From Octopus sinensis (taxonomy: Eukaryota): a stretch of 64,000 nt of DNA. The position numbers and the translations under genes were made by a program. The stretch spans positions 72,974,001 to 73,038,000 of the forward strand of contig NC_043008.1 of the NCBI RefSeq assembly GCF_006345805.1, read 5' to 3'. Numbering within the stretch: position 1 is the first letter of the stretch; each line of letters starts with the position of its first letter. This document shows, in pieces, positions 1 to 14,140 of the stretch. The notes below the pieces were generated by a model that worked only from the letters and a program-made list of their open reading frames with translations, was not told the origin of the DNA and searched no databases.

Positions 1-278
1 GTGAGTGGATTTAGTAGATGGAAACTGAAAGAAGCCCACTGTATATATGTATATATATGTGTGTGTGTGTGTTTGTATGTCTGTGTTTGTCCCCCCCCCA
101 AACATCATTGACAACCAATGCTGGTGTGTTTACATCACCTTAACTTAGTGGTTTGGCAAAAGAGACCGATAGAGTAAGTACTAGGCTTACAAAGAATAAG
201 TCCTGGGGTCGATTTGCTCGACTAAAGGTGGTGCTCCAGCATGGCCACAGTCAAATGACTGAAACAAGTAAAAGAGTA
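1..278 (+). mobile_element. SINE family A, 3' part (cut by window edge)
   Basis: Matches 2578-2846. Confidence 0.9.
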
Positions 279-2455
279 TTAGATTAACGCCATTGTACTA
301 TGATGAACTATCTGCCATACAAGCTTTATACCACTGAACTGAGAGGTAATGTTTGGTATGCACAGAATATTTTCAGTTGATACTGCTGCTCTGAGAGCCA
401 CTGTATTCGTAGGTCCTGCTGGGGGAGGATGTTACATTACAAAACCTCATTTATTTTAAAATCTAAGTAGATTTACAAATAAATGAAGGCAAACCATAAA
501 TAACACAACAAACAACTGGCAGACAGGTATATAATAATTAGGTTGAAGGTAGGAAGAGAGGAGAATTCACAGTTTCTGACAACATTATATGATCAAGAAG
601 AGGGACAAAAATGTTGAAGACTTGCATGTGAATAATTGTTTTGATTTTGGCAAATGATTGATGTAGGTATTATTGTAGGTAGAATGAGGGCTTGCAGATG
701 GAGAGAGTAAGAGTTGGGGATGATACACACCAGAAGGCTTAAGAATGTATGTAAGCTTGTTTGTGTCACAAATGTGTGTAGGGTAGTATATGTGAGCATA
801 TTATGAGTGTGTAGTAAATGCTCTGTAGAATATAATTAGATATAATTTGCTATTGCATGAACTGTGAGTCTGAAACAAATAAATTCGATGTTCCTTCTTC
901 ATAGTTTATCCAAGATGAGAAATGACGAAAGCAAGGTTTGCATTTTGAAATTGAAGATTTGCACATCACTGAGGGTAACTATGTTATGCTGCTAATGTTC
1001 AGTTGTTTTACCTCAAAAAATACAGTACAAATGGCATGATATGGCATGTAGACTATAGGTGTTTCTAGTCAAACCTCTGCTTTTATGTTATTCATTCATA
1101 ATTCCTATCATTGGTTTAGTTCTTGCATATATTTTCTCTTTATGCCACCAGAATAAAGTGACTTAGAAAAATAATGTTTTAAGTTGCCACATACTAATCC
1201 AATGAAACTAATACTGTTTCTGTGATATAAACTTCCTGATTTAAAATCATCTAAATTTAAATTTTCCATATTAATTTATGTTTCAAACATCATCTTAATA
1301 ATTCTAAAGTTATTTTATTAAATTTTTCATTATTTTCAAAATTAACTAAAACAAAAGCAGTGTGTTTTCACAGAAATATAGTAACAAAAAGGGTTAAAAT
1401 GGCACATTCCTGAATCAAGCATATCTCAGAGTTCTATTATGTTTGAATACTTTGTTAAAACAACAGCAACTCATTATACATCTAAAATTATATCATTGCA
1501 TCTTCTAAAGCACTTCCATGACCACCTCTGCCTGCTGGCAAGCTATGGGAGCTCATAGTCCATTGCTGCCACTGTGACTGATGTTGTACTGGAAATTTCC
1601 TTGCTTGTGTTTGTGCCTTCTGTAATCAACCACCCACTTTCTTATCTAGCATTAATTAGCATTATTTTCTTTCTTCTCTATTATGAAGCTAAAAAAAAAC
1701 AAATTAAAACTGAAATCTATAAAATACTGAAATATTTTTATATCTAATTATGTTTTACGGCTATTCAGTTGATATTACTCTTTTATTCCATGACCAAGTT
1801 GATGTTTACATGCATTAGCATTGGGTTTATACAGATATTTATTTATGTTGATATTACCAAATGTCTAAACAATGCCAAAGCAGACATTGGAGCATGGTGC
1901 TGTGCTCAGGCCTGTTAGTTCTGTAAAACAATCCAATCCATGCCGGCTTGAGTGATGATAATAATCATGATAATGGTGATGTTAATGAGGATGATGATGA
2001 TAATGATGATGATGAAATGCATAAAAAAGTGGAAAGCATTTATATTTTCAATGTACTTTCATGCACTTCTTCAATTACAACAAAGAATGGTTATTCTAAG
2101 GAGATAGCTTAAACTGCTAAATAGTATGCGAATCCTACTATAATTTTTAATGATGGATGCAAATAAATTGTGGGTAATTTACACTACAGGCTTTGAAAGT
2201 CTATTATGTCGTCACCATTGTATATGAGTATGAAAAAATTCAGATTCTAGTTCATAAACTTCTACCACACAAGTGTGGCTGTGTGGTAGAAATTTGCTTC
2301 TCAACCACATTGTTTTGATTCATTCCCACTGTGTGGCACTTTGGCAAGTATCTGTTATTTTAGACTCAAGCTTACCAAAATCTTGTAAATTTCTAAATGG
2401 ACTTGGTATATGGAAACTGAAAGAGGCTTTTTATTTATATATATATATATATATA

Positions 2456-2846
2456 GGTGCAGGAGTGGCTGTGTGGTAAGTAGCTTGCTTACCAACCACA
2501 TGGTTCCGGGTTCAGTCCCACTGCGTGGCACATTGGGCAAGTGTCTTCTACTATACCCTTGGGCCGATCAAAGCCTTGTGAGTGGATTTGGTAGACGGAA
2601 ACTGAAAGAAGCCCGTCGTATATATGTATATATATATATGTGTGTGTATGTTTGTGTGTCTGTGTCTGTCCCCCTAGCATTGCTTGACAACCGATGCTGG
2701 TGTGTTTACGTCCCTGTCACTTAGCGGTTTGGCAAAAGAGATCGATAGAATAAGTACTGGGCTTACAAAGAATAAGTCCCGGGGTCGAGTTGCTCGATTA
2801 AAGGTGGTGCTCCAGCATGGCCACAGTCAAAATGACTGAAACAAGT
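2456..2846 (+). mobile_element. tRNA-derived SINE family A, near full length (CORE-like)
   Basis: Pol III A box TGGCTGTGTGG and B box GGTTCAGTCCC, TTGGGCAAGTG, internal TA/GT microsatellite, tail GACTGAAACAAGT. Confidence 0.9.
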
Positions 2847-3531
2847 GTTCGTGTATTTACCTCCTCATAACTCAGTGGTTCAGCAAAAGAGACTGATAGA
2901 ATAAATACCAGGCTTAAAAATGAAATAAGTACAGGAGACTATGTGTTCAATGCCATTCCCCAGCATGGGTACAGTTATATGACTGAAACAAGTAAAAGAT
3001 AAAGGCAAGCTGGTCACCCTGATCAATTAATAAATTACAGGTAAGTTATCAAATGTATCGATCAGTTTAACCTATAATAACAAATAGGAGCAAAAGAAAA
3101 AGGCAAAAAAAATGAAAAAGAAAGAAATTTACATTAGAAACATCAAACCAAAACCATGACAAATAATGTGGTTGTGAAGTTGGTGTATAAAAGAATACTA
3201 AAGAGAGAGACTGTACTGAATACTTTATTAAAAAGTCATGGACTTGGGCTTACATGAAAAATTTTTAAATCATTAACTGCCTGATTAAAATTAGAAAATA
3301 AAACTTTATTGCTCATCAATGTGAACGAAGAGGAATGCGAGAGGTGTTTTATTATTTTTTTTGTCTTGAATTCTAATTTTGTTGAATGTTTTGAAAGAAG
3401 AAAGAGCAAAAAAAAGAGGGGGGGGGGCAAGACATCCCTGAGCTCTTCAAAGATTACGATAATAAATCACACCTTTCTAAAATCTTTAATGAAATGATTG
3501 GACTAAAGTTCAGCTAGAAAGGCAATGTAAC

Positions 3532-3580
<49 letters not shown>

Positions 3581-4955
3581 TAATAATAATGGCAATGATG
3601 ATAATGATGAAGATGATGATGATAATAATGATAATGATAATAATGATAATAATAATGTTGATGAAATTTAAAAATAGACAAATATTACTCTCTTGCTTTG
3701 CCAGCAATTATACCTTTATCAATCTTTATTCAGAGGAAGCATAACATGGTATTATATGCTATTTTACACGCACATACACACACACACCTGCTTATTCCAA
3801 TGAAGTTTCTAGTCTCCTCAATTAAAAATTTTAGATTTATAGTAATTTATTCAACAATTTTCCTCCTCAGTTAAAAGGATCAACAGTCTCATTATTTCTG
3901 TTCTTTATCAGATCCTACATTTTATTTCTCTGGTTCTTCTTCTTGTCTACCTCTAAGGGCTCCTAATATTGCTTTTCTATATGCTTGTTTGTCATTGGCA
4001 ACTTTCATACTTTGATAGTTTTTGGTGTTAATTGGCCTTTTACCTTCAGGCTTCACTGACTATTTCAGCTTGAGAAAGTTTTCAAAGTAATTCAGCTGTC
4101 ATTAACTTTAGATTGTTTCTTGTTTTTCATCCAAAACAACCACATTTCATTGGCTTTTAATGACACATTGATTGCAGTTTTTAAACATTTCACTTGTTAT
4201 TTTTTCTTTTAGCTCGTCACTGGAAGTTAGCCTGATCACACTAAAGGAGGTGGATTCTCAACATATTTTTACTTCTTTATAGATCTTAACTTTATTTTTT
4301 CTTTTAGTTTAATGATAAATTAAAAAAAACACAGAAGAAAAAAATCCTCGATATAGTTCTCTTGTTTGTTATGTGTTGCTGTTGTTTTTAATATACTATT
4401 CAAACATAGTGACTCTCTAAGATGTGCTTGATTCGAGAATTTGCCATTTTAATGTGCCAACTTAAAAGATTTCTTTTTCTTTCAGTCACATTACACTTGT
4501 GGAGTAAAAATGAAATAAATGCAAGAAATGTACTAATGATAGGAATTATGTAATAATAACATCAAAGGAGAAGTCTAACTAGAAACACCTACCATCTACA
4601 TGTCATACCACACCATTAGTGCTATATTCCAGACTGTGGCTTTTTAAACAAAGTACCACAAGAAGCCATTAAAACCTCAATATTGTCAAAAATCTCAATT
4701 TTTAAAAACAGTCCTCGCTATTATTTTAAATTACTATCTATGTTAAATTGCACTTCATTCCAAACAGCTAAGTCCACCAAGAGATAAAGGTGACATAATT
4801 AGCTATTTGAATATTAGTAGCACCTTGGAATGGTTTAAAATGCTGAGCAGAATTCTTTAGTTTTTCCATTGGTAAAAAGAAATCAGAAATAGATTTATTA
4901 CTTAACTTTATAATAGAAAAAAAACATAAAATTTCTAATAACTACCTACTTACCT

Positions 4956-4986
<31 letters not shown>

Positions 4987-5199
4987 CACATATTATGAAG
5001 GCAATGAACATCTAAAGAAGACAAAGCAGAAGGGACAAGTTTTAACAAATGTCTTAGTTTCATACATAAAAACAAGGGAGATAACTTTTTATGCTCTGGA
5101 TGATAGTTCTTCATCAGAATAAATATAGAAAGAAAAGCAAAAATGAAAGAAAATGAATAAGAGAAGATGGTTGGAGAAGAGAGAAGAAAGCAGAGTTAA

Positions 5200-7130
5200 A
5201 GGCCAGGTGTAAGTGTGATTCTTTAGTGGGATTTAGGGAATGAGGACGAGCAGTGTTGTGGGTACAGGTATAGGAGGGCATAAGTTGTGTGTGTATATGT
5301 ATTTTGGAGTGTGTGTAGAGGTATGCAAGTAGGGGAGTGTTGTGGCATGGGATGGTGGGTGTATAGAAGGATAGTGTCTAGGTGTAGCCATGCTGTATGT
5401 GAGAGGAAAATGTTCAGAGGTGGTAAGCATGAGGTGAAAGGGAAGGTGAAAGCGACGTGGTGTTTAAGAACAACACTTATGGGAAAGGTATATAAACATG
5501 CAATAACAATAAAATACAAAATGATAACACTGGTAAAAATTTGTGTAGTTATGTTGCAGGTGCAATATTCAGAGAAAGTGAAAGCTGATAAAAGAAGGTA
5601 TTCAAAGTGGTTAGAAAATCAAGAGGGAAACAATTTACTGTCACTCAATGGAGGAATATATATATATATATATAATTCTTTTAAAATACATTAGTTTTTT
5701 TTTAGATATGATAGTCATAAGATGGCAAATTGGTAAAATCCAACAGCTAATTCCAGAGGTCATATAGACAGTGGTGAAAAAACTGGAGAAGTGGAGGTAG
5801 ACTAGTATCCTGAAACACTGCATGGTGGAGGATAAAACCAAATGGAAAGTGGAGCAAATGAAATAAAAAGGAGAGTAAAGAATGTGCATATATTTGTATT
5901 TTAGTACATGTAGTGGAGGTGCATGGCTTAGAGGTTAGAGGTTATTCAACTCACAATTGTAACATGCTCACAATCCTAAGTCCACCAAGAGATAAAGGTG
6001 GCATAATTAGCTATTTGAATATTAGCAGCACCTTGGAATGGTTTAAAATGCTGAACACAATTCTTTAGTTTTTCCATTGTTAAAAAGAAATCAGAAATAG
6101 ATTTATTACTCAGTTGCCTTAACTTTAAAATAGAAAAAAAGCATAAAATTTCTAATAACTACCTACCTTGCAGCATGTTGGGGCTTTGAGTAGGGCATTT
6201 TTCTTGTTGCTTCAGTCCACTCAGGTGGCAAAAATTAGTTGCACCTGTAATTCAAAGGGTCAGACTTCTCACATTTTGTGTCATGCTGAATCTCCCTGAC
6301 AGCTATGTTAAGGGTATGCCTGTCTGTGGTGTGCTCAGCCTCTTGGACATTAATTTCACCAGCGGTGTGCTCTGTTGATTGGATCAACTGAGACCTTTGT
6401 CCTCATAACTGGTGGGGTGCCAGGTTTCAGTGCACATAGGTGTGTGTTAACTGGCTGCAGAGATTATAATTTAACCAAGGTTTGAGTACTGGGGAGAAAA
6501 ATAGATGTTAAGTACAGATGTCAAGAAAGGTGAGGATGTAGGAAGGAGTGTGAGCAAATGATGAAATGTGTGTGCAAGGTTATGTGGGTGGGTGGATGCT
6601 TGTAAGTGTAAGAGGAAGTGTAAGTTGATATGTGTGGGTATGTATGTCTTAGTGAGAGGCTGTATGAGACTATGTGTATGTGTAAACATGCTAGTGTATA
6701 TGGGGGATGTTCAGGGGGAAAGAAGAGTGATGAGATGAGGTGTATGTGTGCATGTGGGACTGAAGGTGTGTAGGGATATATGTGTGTTTGTGGAAATGGT
6801 GTAGGTCTATTGTGGGTAAGCAGTGCTGGGATTTTAGATGTGTATTGATAGGGATTAGGGGCACTTAATGTCATGGGAGACAACAAAAGGCATAAGGGAG
6901 AGAAAAGTACCCATTTTGAATGAAGTGGAACATATGTTGGGCCTGTATCTCAAAGTCATAGTTACTGCTACAAATGGAGGGACTGGGAGCAGGAAATAGG
7001 GCACTTGATGTGTTTGGGGTGCAAGAAAAATAAATCAAGATAGGAATGCGAGTCAATGGGTTTGTAAATAATAGAGACACAGAAGATAAGGATAAGGTGA
7101 TTAATGGGGATAATGATGTTGGAAAAATGA
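5200..7130 (-). pseudogene. Decayed Penelope-like retroelement (RT C-terminus 6460-7130; probable GIY-YIG region 5200-5680), interrupted by a SINE
   Basis: Minus strand IYKPIDSHSYL...HPKHIKCPISCSQ...CSSNYDFEIQA...QNGY matches the Penelope YRKPTDSHSYL-HP-SIPYSQ-CS-DF-GY block. The downstream part matches only weakly. Confidence 0.7.
5913..6425 (+). mobile_element. tRNA-derived SINE family C, interrupted by a 191-bp insert (related pieces ~15135-15345 and ~60418-60720)
   Basis: Head GCATGGCTTAGAGGTTAGAG; central CAGTCCACTCAG.TGGCAAAAAT shared with the other two pieces. Confidence 0.7.
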
Positions 7131-7359
7131 ATTGAGTTTTGGAGATGGAGGATGTAAATTACAGAGAAGGGTTATATATGTGTGTGTATGTGTGTGTGTG
7201 TGTGCATGTGTGTATGTCCGCATCTGCATTTGTGTGTGTGTGTACGAGTGTGAGAGTGCATGAACCTGTGTGATCTAGTGGTTAGAGTGTTGCATACATG
7301 ATCACTAAACTTGGTTTTGGCTCTCAAATTGGCTGGGCATTGTACTCAGTGGGCAATCT

Positions 7360-7588
7360 TATTTCTTTATTGCCCACAAGGGGATAAACATAGAGGGGAC
7401 AAACAAGTACAGACGAAAGCATTAAGTCGATTAGATCGACCTCAGTGCATAACTGGCACTAAATTTATCGACCCCGAAAGGATGAAAAGCAAAGTCTACC
7501 TTGACGGAATTTGAACTCAGAATGTAGCGGCAGACGAAATACCGCTAAGCATTTTGCCTGGCATGCTAATGTTTCTGCTAGCTCGCCA
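7360..7588 (-). mobile_element. tRNA-derived SINE family B, young (others ~21375-21570 -, 35580-35762 +, 41290-41470 -, 55585-55800 -)
   Basis: Minus strand GGCGAGCTAGCAGAAACATTAGCA...TTCTGAGTTCAAATTCCGTC (B box)...CCCCTTGTGGGCAATAAAGAAATA. Confidence 0.85.
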
Positions 7589-7867
7589 CTTTTCAGTGGG
7601 CAATCTTAGCCAGGCTACCTGGTCAGTGAGGTGGCATAATTCAAGATTTACAACAATGCAAGGAAGTGCATTGTGACTGGAAGAGTATAGTCTGCCTGAT
7701 ACCATGATACACACACACAGAGATATGTACAAAATAATTACTATGTAACAACAAAAATAGCCTTCAATATCATTGAAAAAGAGGAATAAATTTATTATAC
7801 ACATACAAACATCACATTCCATACTCAGAGTTTCCTAGCAAGCTGTATGTATGTAGGTGTATGCATG

Positions 7868-8068
7868 TATGTGTGCCACCCATGCTAGTGGCACATAAAA
7901 AGCACTCATTAATTTCTTGAAATGGTTGGTGTTAGAAAGGGCATCCAACCACAGAAACCATGCCAAATCAGACTGGACTTTGATGCAGTTTAACAGTTTC
8001 AATGAAGCCATCTAAACCCATGCCAGCATGGAAAGCAGATGTTAAGTGATAAGGATGATTGATGATAT
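7868..8068 (+). mobile_element. RTE-tail fragment (one of many short copies; others near 28040-28135, 31700-31810, 35370-35470, 35538-35990, 39236-39390, 44140-44340, 57950-58090, 59935-60230)
   Basis: Shared GAAGGGCATCCAGC...AAACCATGCC...AACCCATGCCAGCATGGAAAGCAGATGTT(AA)(GAT)n sequence matching the RTE 3' end. Confidence 0.75.
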
Positions 8069-10339
8069 AATTTTCAATCAATAGTCAATTCTTGGAGCAC
8101 CATTCATCAAGCGTTGAGTGAAGCTGATGAAGAGCAGCATGTGCCTTGTTTAATGAATGGAAATCAGATAACTTAATATCTGTTGCCTGCAGAGAAACTC
8201 TGAGTGCTGTATGTGAGTACTCCACATTTGCATAAAACACACACACACACACAATGCTTAATAATGACTGCTTACTTCAGAGTTTCACCAATTTTAACAA
8301 CAAAGCTTCTAAGTAACTTTACAATACATATTAAATGTTTTTAACTCTACAAAGAGTATTTGAGTCCCACATTCAGAGTATGTTTGTGTGTCAACTACAC
8401 AAATGTAACAAACAGGCATAGATGTGTGACTAAAAGGTTCATATCCCAACCACACGTGTTTAGAGAGAAAATTTCATCTGAACCGTGCAACCACAGGAAA
8501 GTATATATAATGATAATGATGATGACATGTTTGTTTAACAGGCTCCTTGAATTATAAGTGAGGGGGGGGGGCAGTATGAGAGAGAGTGAGAGGGAGAGAC
8601 AGAGAGAGATTGCTAAGCCTGTAGTGAACACCTACAGTTGACATAAGCAAACTACTTGCTATATACAGAAATTTTTCCACAAGTTGCAGTCAATCAATTG
8701 ACACAGAGACTGATTCTGTCTAATCAATATCTACACACTATATACATCTTATTCTCATTCATAGTCAATATTGTTCTGTCTATGTTTAACACTTTCACTG
8801 CTGTATATGACTTAAGGTGATTTCATCACAGACAGCTATACAAAACATTTTCAAATTTAAATACAGTCAAGTAACAAATATCAACACTTGTTTTGTTTAT
8901 AGAGCTGCCAGCAGTCATCGGTGCTTTTTATATTCAATTTAGATGTGGGGATGAGATTTCTTAAATTGGATAATAAATTTATCTGAAAGTAACCTGAATT
9001 GGTTTCAGTCTTTGGCCTCTTGTAATGTTTGAGCACAATTAGGTTGCTGAAGATATAGAGTAGAATATCTGACTCTTGTGTCAAGACCTGGATACAACAT
9101 CAATGGTAACTTGTTGAAAGCATATTCATTTTGTTATTTTTCTCAAGAACACAAAATTGTGGAGTACACTTAAAAGTACACTTCATTAAATGTGGGTAAA
9201 ATAAAGATTTCATACTAACTTCATCTTCAGATAATGTTACAATGTGAATCTCTTGGTGTAGTCTAAGAGAAGATGCAGGTACGGCTGAATGTTTAAGAAG
9301 GTTGGGGTTTTAGGTTTAGTCTTGGTGCAGCACTTTGAGTGTGTGTCTTCTACCAAAGGACTGACTAATGTTTTATGAACATAGGTGTACGTGCAAATAT
9401 GTGTGTATATATCAATATATACCTATGTATCTATATAGATGTATGTGCATGTGTGTGTGTGTATACATGTGTGCATGTGTGCTCATATGTGTTTGATGAA
9501 TCAGCCACTAACAGATATTCTGAATCAACCAAAGTTTTTTACATTGTTAAGTAAATGCTAATATGTTTAATGTACAGAGAAGTCATAATGCTGACAAGAA
9601 ATAATATTTGGTGACAAAAATGATTTTATTCATTAACTAATATTTTCATTTTTCTAGCAAATATGACAGACTGCTTCTGGCATGTTTCTGTCTTATTCTG
9701 ACCTCAGTAGTGAATTGTAGCCCTTATTGTACATGTGTATATTTCATTGTACTTGCTGGAGTACATATGCATGACAGCATATTTGTTGATGTAATGGAAT
9801 GTAATTGTTAAAAATTGACTGATTCTAATGTAGCATTTGTATAAAAACAGCATATAGAGTAATTACCAATGAAGACAACCCATATTAATGATAGCCAGTG
9901 GTCCAGCACCAGTTTGATGGCCATAAGCAAGGGTTCATCACATACATGAATGCATACAGACATGTATAAAAGAATAAAGGTACAGATGCACAAACAACTG
10001 GAATATATAATTTTTAAACCCTAATCTCTCTCTCTCTTTCTTTCTCTCTTTCTCTCCTTCTCTTCTCTTTCTCTCTCTCTAATACAAGATTTCACAGTTT
10101 CTGTCTACCAAATTTACTCACAAGGTGGTAAATGGCCCAGGGTCACAGTAGAATACTCATGGTTGGGAAGTGACCTGCTTAACCCCCACAGACATGCCTC
10201 TACCTATAAGTATATCTTTTATCTTTTATTGGCTTTAGTCATTACCCTCTGGCCACGCTGGAGCATTGCTTTGAATGGTTTAAATCAAACAAATCAACAC
10301 CAGTAGTTCTTTTTTTTCCCAAATCCAGGAACTTTTTAT

Positions 10340-11880
10340 CTCAAGAAAGTCCCAAACAAGGTGAGAAGCAACTTAGCATAATGGACTATGTAAAAGAAGA
10401 AATTAAGACAAAAGGAATGAATTAACTTTAGACTTGAAAGAGTTCAAGTCATTAAAAGGAAACAGAAGAGAGTTCTAAAGTCTGGCAGTTCAAGGTAAAA
10501 TGCTACGACTGTAGAAAGACTTGCTTATTCATGAAAACACAACAGCATTTGGATGGAGATGCTGTGAGTTTCAGGTCGAGCAAGACGGCACAAAGGGATC
10601 TGGAAATGAGAGCAAAAGTTCATCAGATCACTTCCTGTGGCAATAATGATATAAAAGATTAAGATGTGCGACATCATGTGATGGGACAAGGATTGCAGAG
10701 TTGAAGCAAGAGAGAGACCACTCAAATTACAGATTTGGTTCTAAACCTGTCAAGGAAATCCAAGTAATAAGATGCTACACCTGACCAAATATGACACTAC
10801 ACTTTCATTCAAGGATGGATTGCAGATATTATAATACAAAATGGCCTTGAATATGAAGTAGTCCTTTGATATGAAGTTATCTTTTGACTTATACAATGAC
10901 CTGACCTTAGAGGAAATAGACTTACTAATTGATTGTATGTAATAACCCTAAGAAAGATCAGATAAGGAAGTAAGGCCAAGCAATTTCAAAGACTTTTCTT
11001 CAAGTGGTTTGACAGTCTCACCATGTGATACCTCAGATCTATAACTCACATAAATGGTAGGGAGATAGGAATACAATTTTCTATGGAAAGACAGGAATTT
11101 AGGCATGCCAGATTTGAAAGATTTACTTATAGGTAGAGGCATATCTGTGGGGGTTAAGCAGGTCACTTCCCAACCATGAGTATTCTACTGTGGCCCTGGG
11201 CCATCTACCATCTTGTGAGTGAATTTGGTAGCCTGCAGATCTACCTCAACATTAGCAACAACTGTCAACTGTTTCAAGGGAAAGGAATTGCCAGGAAAAA
11301 CAGCGTTAAGAATAGTATCATCAGCATAAAAGATGATGGATTAAAGAATATTTGCAAGAAAAATCATTGATGTAGAAGAGAAATGGAGTTGGATCAAGAA
11401 TAGAGCCTTAAGGAACACCAGCATTGATTGAATACTCAGAGGTAACACCATCTGGAGTCACACACAGGTAACAACCAAAACAAATGACCTGATAATGTCA
11501 AAGACCTTTCCACATACACCATAGGCAGAGAGATTATGGAGCAAACTAGCATGCCAAACCCCATCAAAGGTTTTGCATGATTCAGAGGCTACAGCATAAC
11601 CGTCTCCTAATTTATCCATTAATCAGTAGATATGATCTGCAGTAACAGTCAGGAAATCAACAGTAGAACAAGAGCCATGAAAGCCATGCTGAACATCAAC
11701 AAGAAATCCCAAGCTTTTAAGAAACTCAACCAAGCTCTTATCCAAAACATTGCTAACAACCAAGAGGGGAGACTAACATATGATATTTGTTTTGATGAGA
11801 AGTCACACCATCATTCGTCAAAAATTGGGACAACATAAGATACCTTCCAGCAAGATGGAAAACAAGAACTTATTCTATGT
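10340..11880 (-). pseudogene. Decayed CR1/L2-group LINE, RT domain and 3' end
   Basis: Frameshifted minus-strand translation gives CFPSCWKVSYVVPIF, QHGFHGSCSTVDFL, KTFDGVWHA, INAGVP*GSIL, FYADDT (11317-11328), SLQSLSH and TARLWNSL-like motifs. Confidence 0.9.
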
Positions 11881-12319
11881 TACTATATATAGTGAGTATC
11901 AAGAAAAACACAACCCATCATAGTGGTGGTCAGTGGCCCACCAATAGTTCAATGGCCACTAGCAAGGAATAAACTCACAAACACACTCATACACACATAC
12001 ATATAGTTGACCTGATACACAGCCACATCACACAGTTGGTGGAACATTGATCTGTATGAAGCCTGTACTCGACTGCCCACTCCCCAAGGCTGTGTTTATC
12101 TAGACAGTGCACCACAGTCTATATCTTCAACAAACATTTTATCATCAATAAACACTACACTCAGAGATTTTCCTCTCTTCATATAAACTAAAAATATTTA
12201 CTTTACCCTCAGATAATCCAGTTAGGATATATTCTTCCTTTCTAAGAATTATTATTTTTTAATTTATTTTTGTTTGTAAATCTATCAGAGACAGATTTTA
12301 CTAATTACTTACAATCCTG

Positions 12320-13385
12320 TACACACACACACACACACAAACACAAGCACGCATGCATGCACACACACACACACACACACAGACACACACACATGCGCAC
12401 AGACACGCACACACACACACACACACACGCATACACACACACACACACACGCATACACACACACACAAGCATGCATGCACACACACACACACATGCATGT
12501 GCATGCACACACACACACACACATACACAAGTACCATAACCATGAATTACATTAGAACATATTATTTTTATCAGTGCCGCATAAACACGTATACACACAC
12601 TCACACACAAGCATGCATTAACACACACTCACACACACACTCACACTTATACATTTATTATATCAATAGATGCTGAACATTTAGAAATACTATTCATACA
12701 CATTAAAACATCCTCTTGCCTAGATAAAAGGCTGACTTCGTATAGATAATGCCATGCTCTCACACACATACACACATTCACAGCAATACAAAGAAGTTGT
12801 TCCTCAGCACTCATACACACACACATACATAATTACAAATATACACGCAAACAGAAAGAAAGTTTGTTATTTCAGACACACACCATAGCAGTATGGAAGT
12901 AGTCACACAATAATACACACACACACACACACACCATTACAATCACAGAAATTGTCCCTTCTCACGTACACATACATACACACATGAGAAGTTATTAGTT
13001 CCTTCATCTGTGTTAACGAGCTCATTACAAGCGTCAAATATCTTAATTATATCTTTGCCTATTCATATTTAATTTATTATTAAACAATTTTCTCTCCATC
13101 TTGTATTAATCAACTCCAGAGCTCTGCTGTACTCGATTGTTCAACATTTCTAATAAATACCTCCATCTATGTTTCTCTTGCTCACTTACACCCACCTCTC
13201 CTTTCTACACACACACACACACACCCTCTGCGCATATGTGAAAGTTTAGACAATCTGTACATTTACACATTTATGTGTGTGCATGTATATGTTAATGTAT
13301 ATGATTATATGCACTTATATACACAAATGTACACGTGTATAAATATGTAAGCCTACAAAAAAAATATACACATATATATAACGTG

Positions 13386-13421
<36 letters not shown>

Positions 13422-13995
13422 TATTTGTATATATATCTACATAGAATGATATGTATTATATAATATGCAGACACATGCATATGCACAAGGCTACATGCAA
13501 GCATGTAAATACGTGTGTGTAGATAATTATATGTTGACATGCATGTATGTGAATTTATGTATGTATAAACACATGCACATCTAGCAGTGAGCATGCATGC
13601 ATACACATGTGTGCATGTTCATACATTTATGTAGTTATTTGCATGATAATTACACACATACACACAATTAACATTAACATGCATATCTGCATTTGTATGA
13701 CTATTCATTCAGGGGTGCATACATATAAGCGTATAAATCCCGGGTGTGAATATATATATATATATATATATATATAGATATATATGCATATACATACACA
13801 CACACACACATATATATGTATGCAAACATACATATAAACATATATATATATTTATTTGTATATATGTATATATATGTATATATATATAAATATATACACA
13901 CATATATATACATATATGTACATATATACATATATATATACATATATATATATACATATAAATATATTCATATACACATATATATATGTACATGT

Positions 13996-14026
<31 letters not shown>

Positions 14027-14140
14027 AGCAAACATACATATACACAGATATAAATATGCATTTGTGTGTGTATATATACATACATGTAAATATGCACACA
14101 CACACATATATATACATACACACACACTCATATATATATA
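12320..14140. repeat. Compound (CA)n / (TA)n / (TACA)n microsatellite field
   Basis: Directly visible, in blocks 12320-12640, 13380-13420 and 13750-14140. Confidence 0.95.

Noticed and set aside
2456-2530. tRNA genes at the SINE heads
   Set aside because: A and B boxes are present, but there is no complete cloverleaf or terminator and the sequence runs into SINE bodies.
3830-4300. Possible coding remnant on the minus strand, and similar low-repeat stretches at 18000-18520 and 36140-36600
   Set aside because: No recognisable motif or sustained frame; cannot be assigned without a database search.
9231-9278. Candidate exon with TACTAAC branch point and CAG|GTACGG donor
   Set aside because: Stops in all three frames, and the donor comes from a SINE head; illustrates how easily chance exons arise here.
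10329-10360. Candidate 32-nt micro-exon with AAG|GTGAGA donor
   Set aside because: Lies at a junction of antisense SINE and LINE remnants; the signals are repeat-derived.
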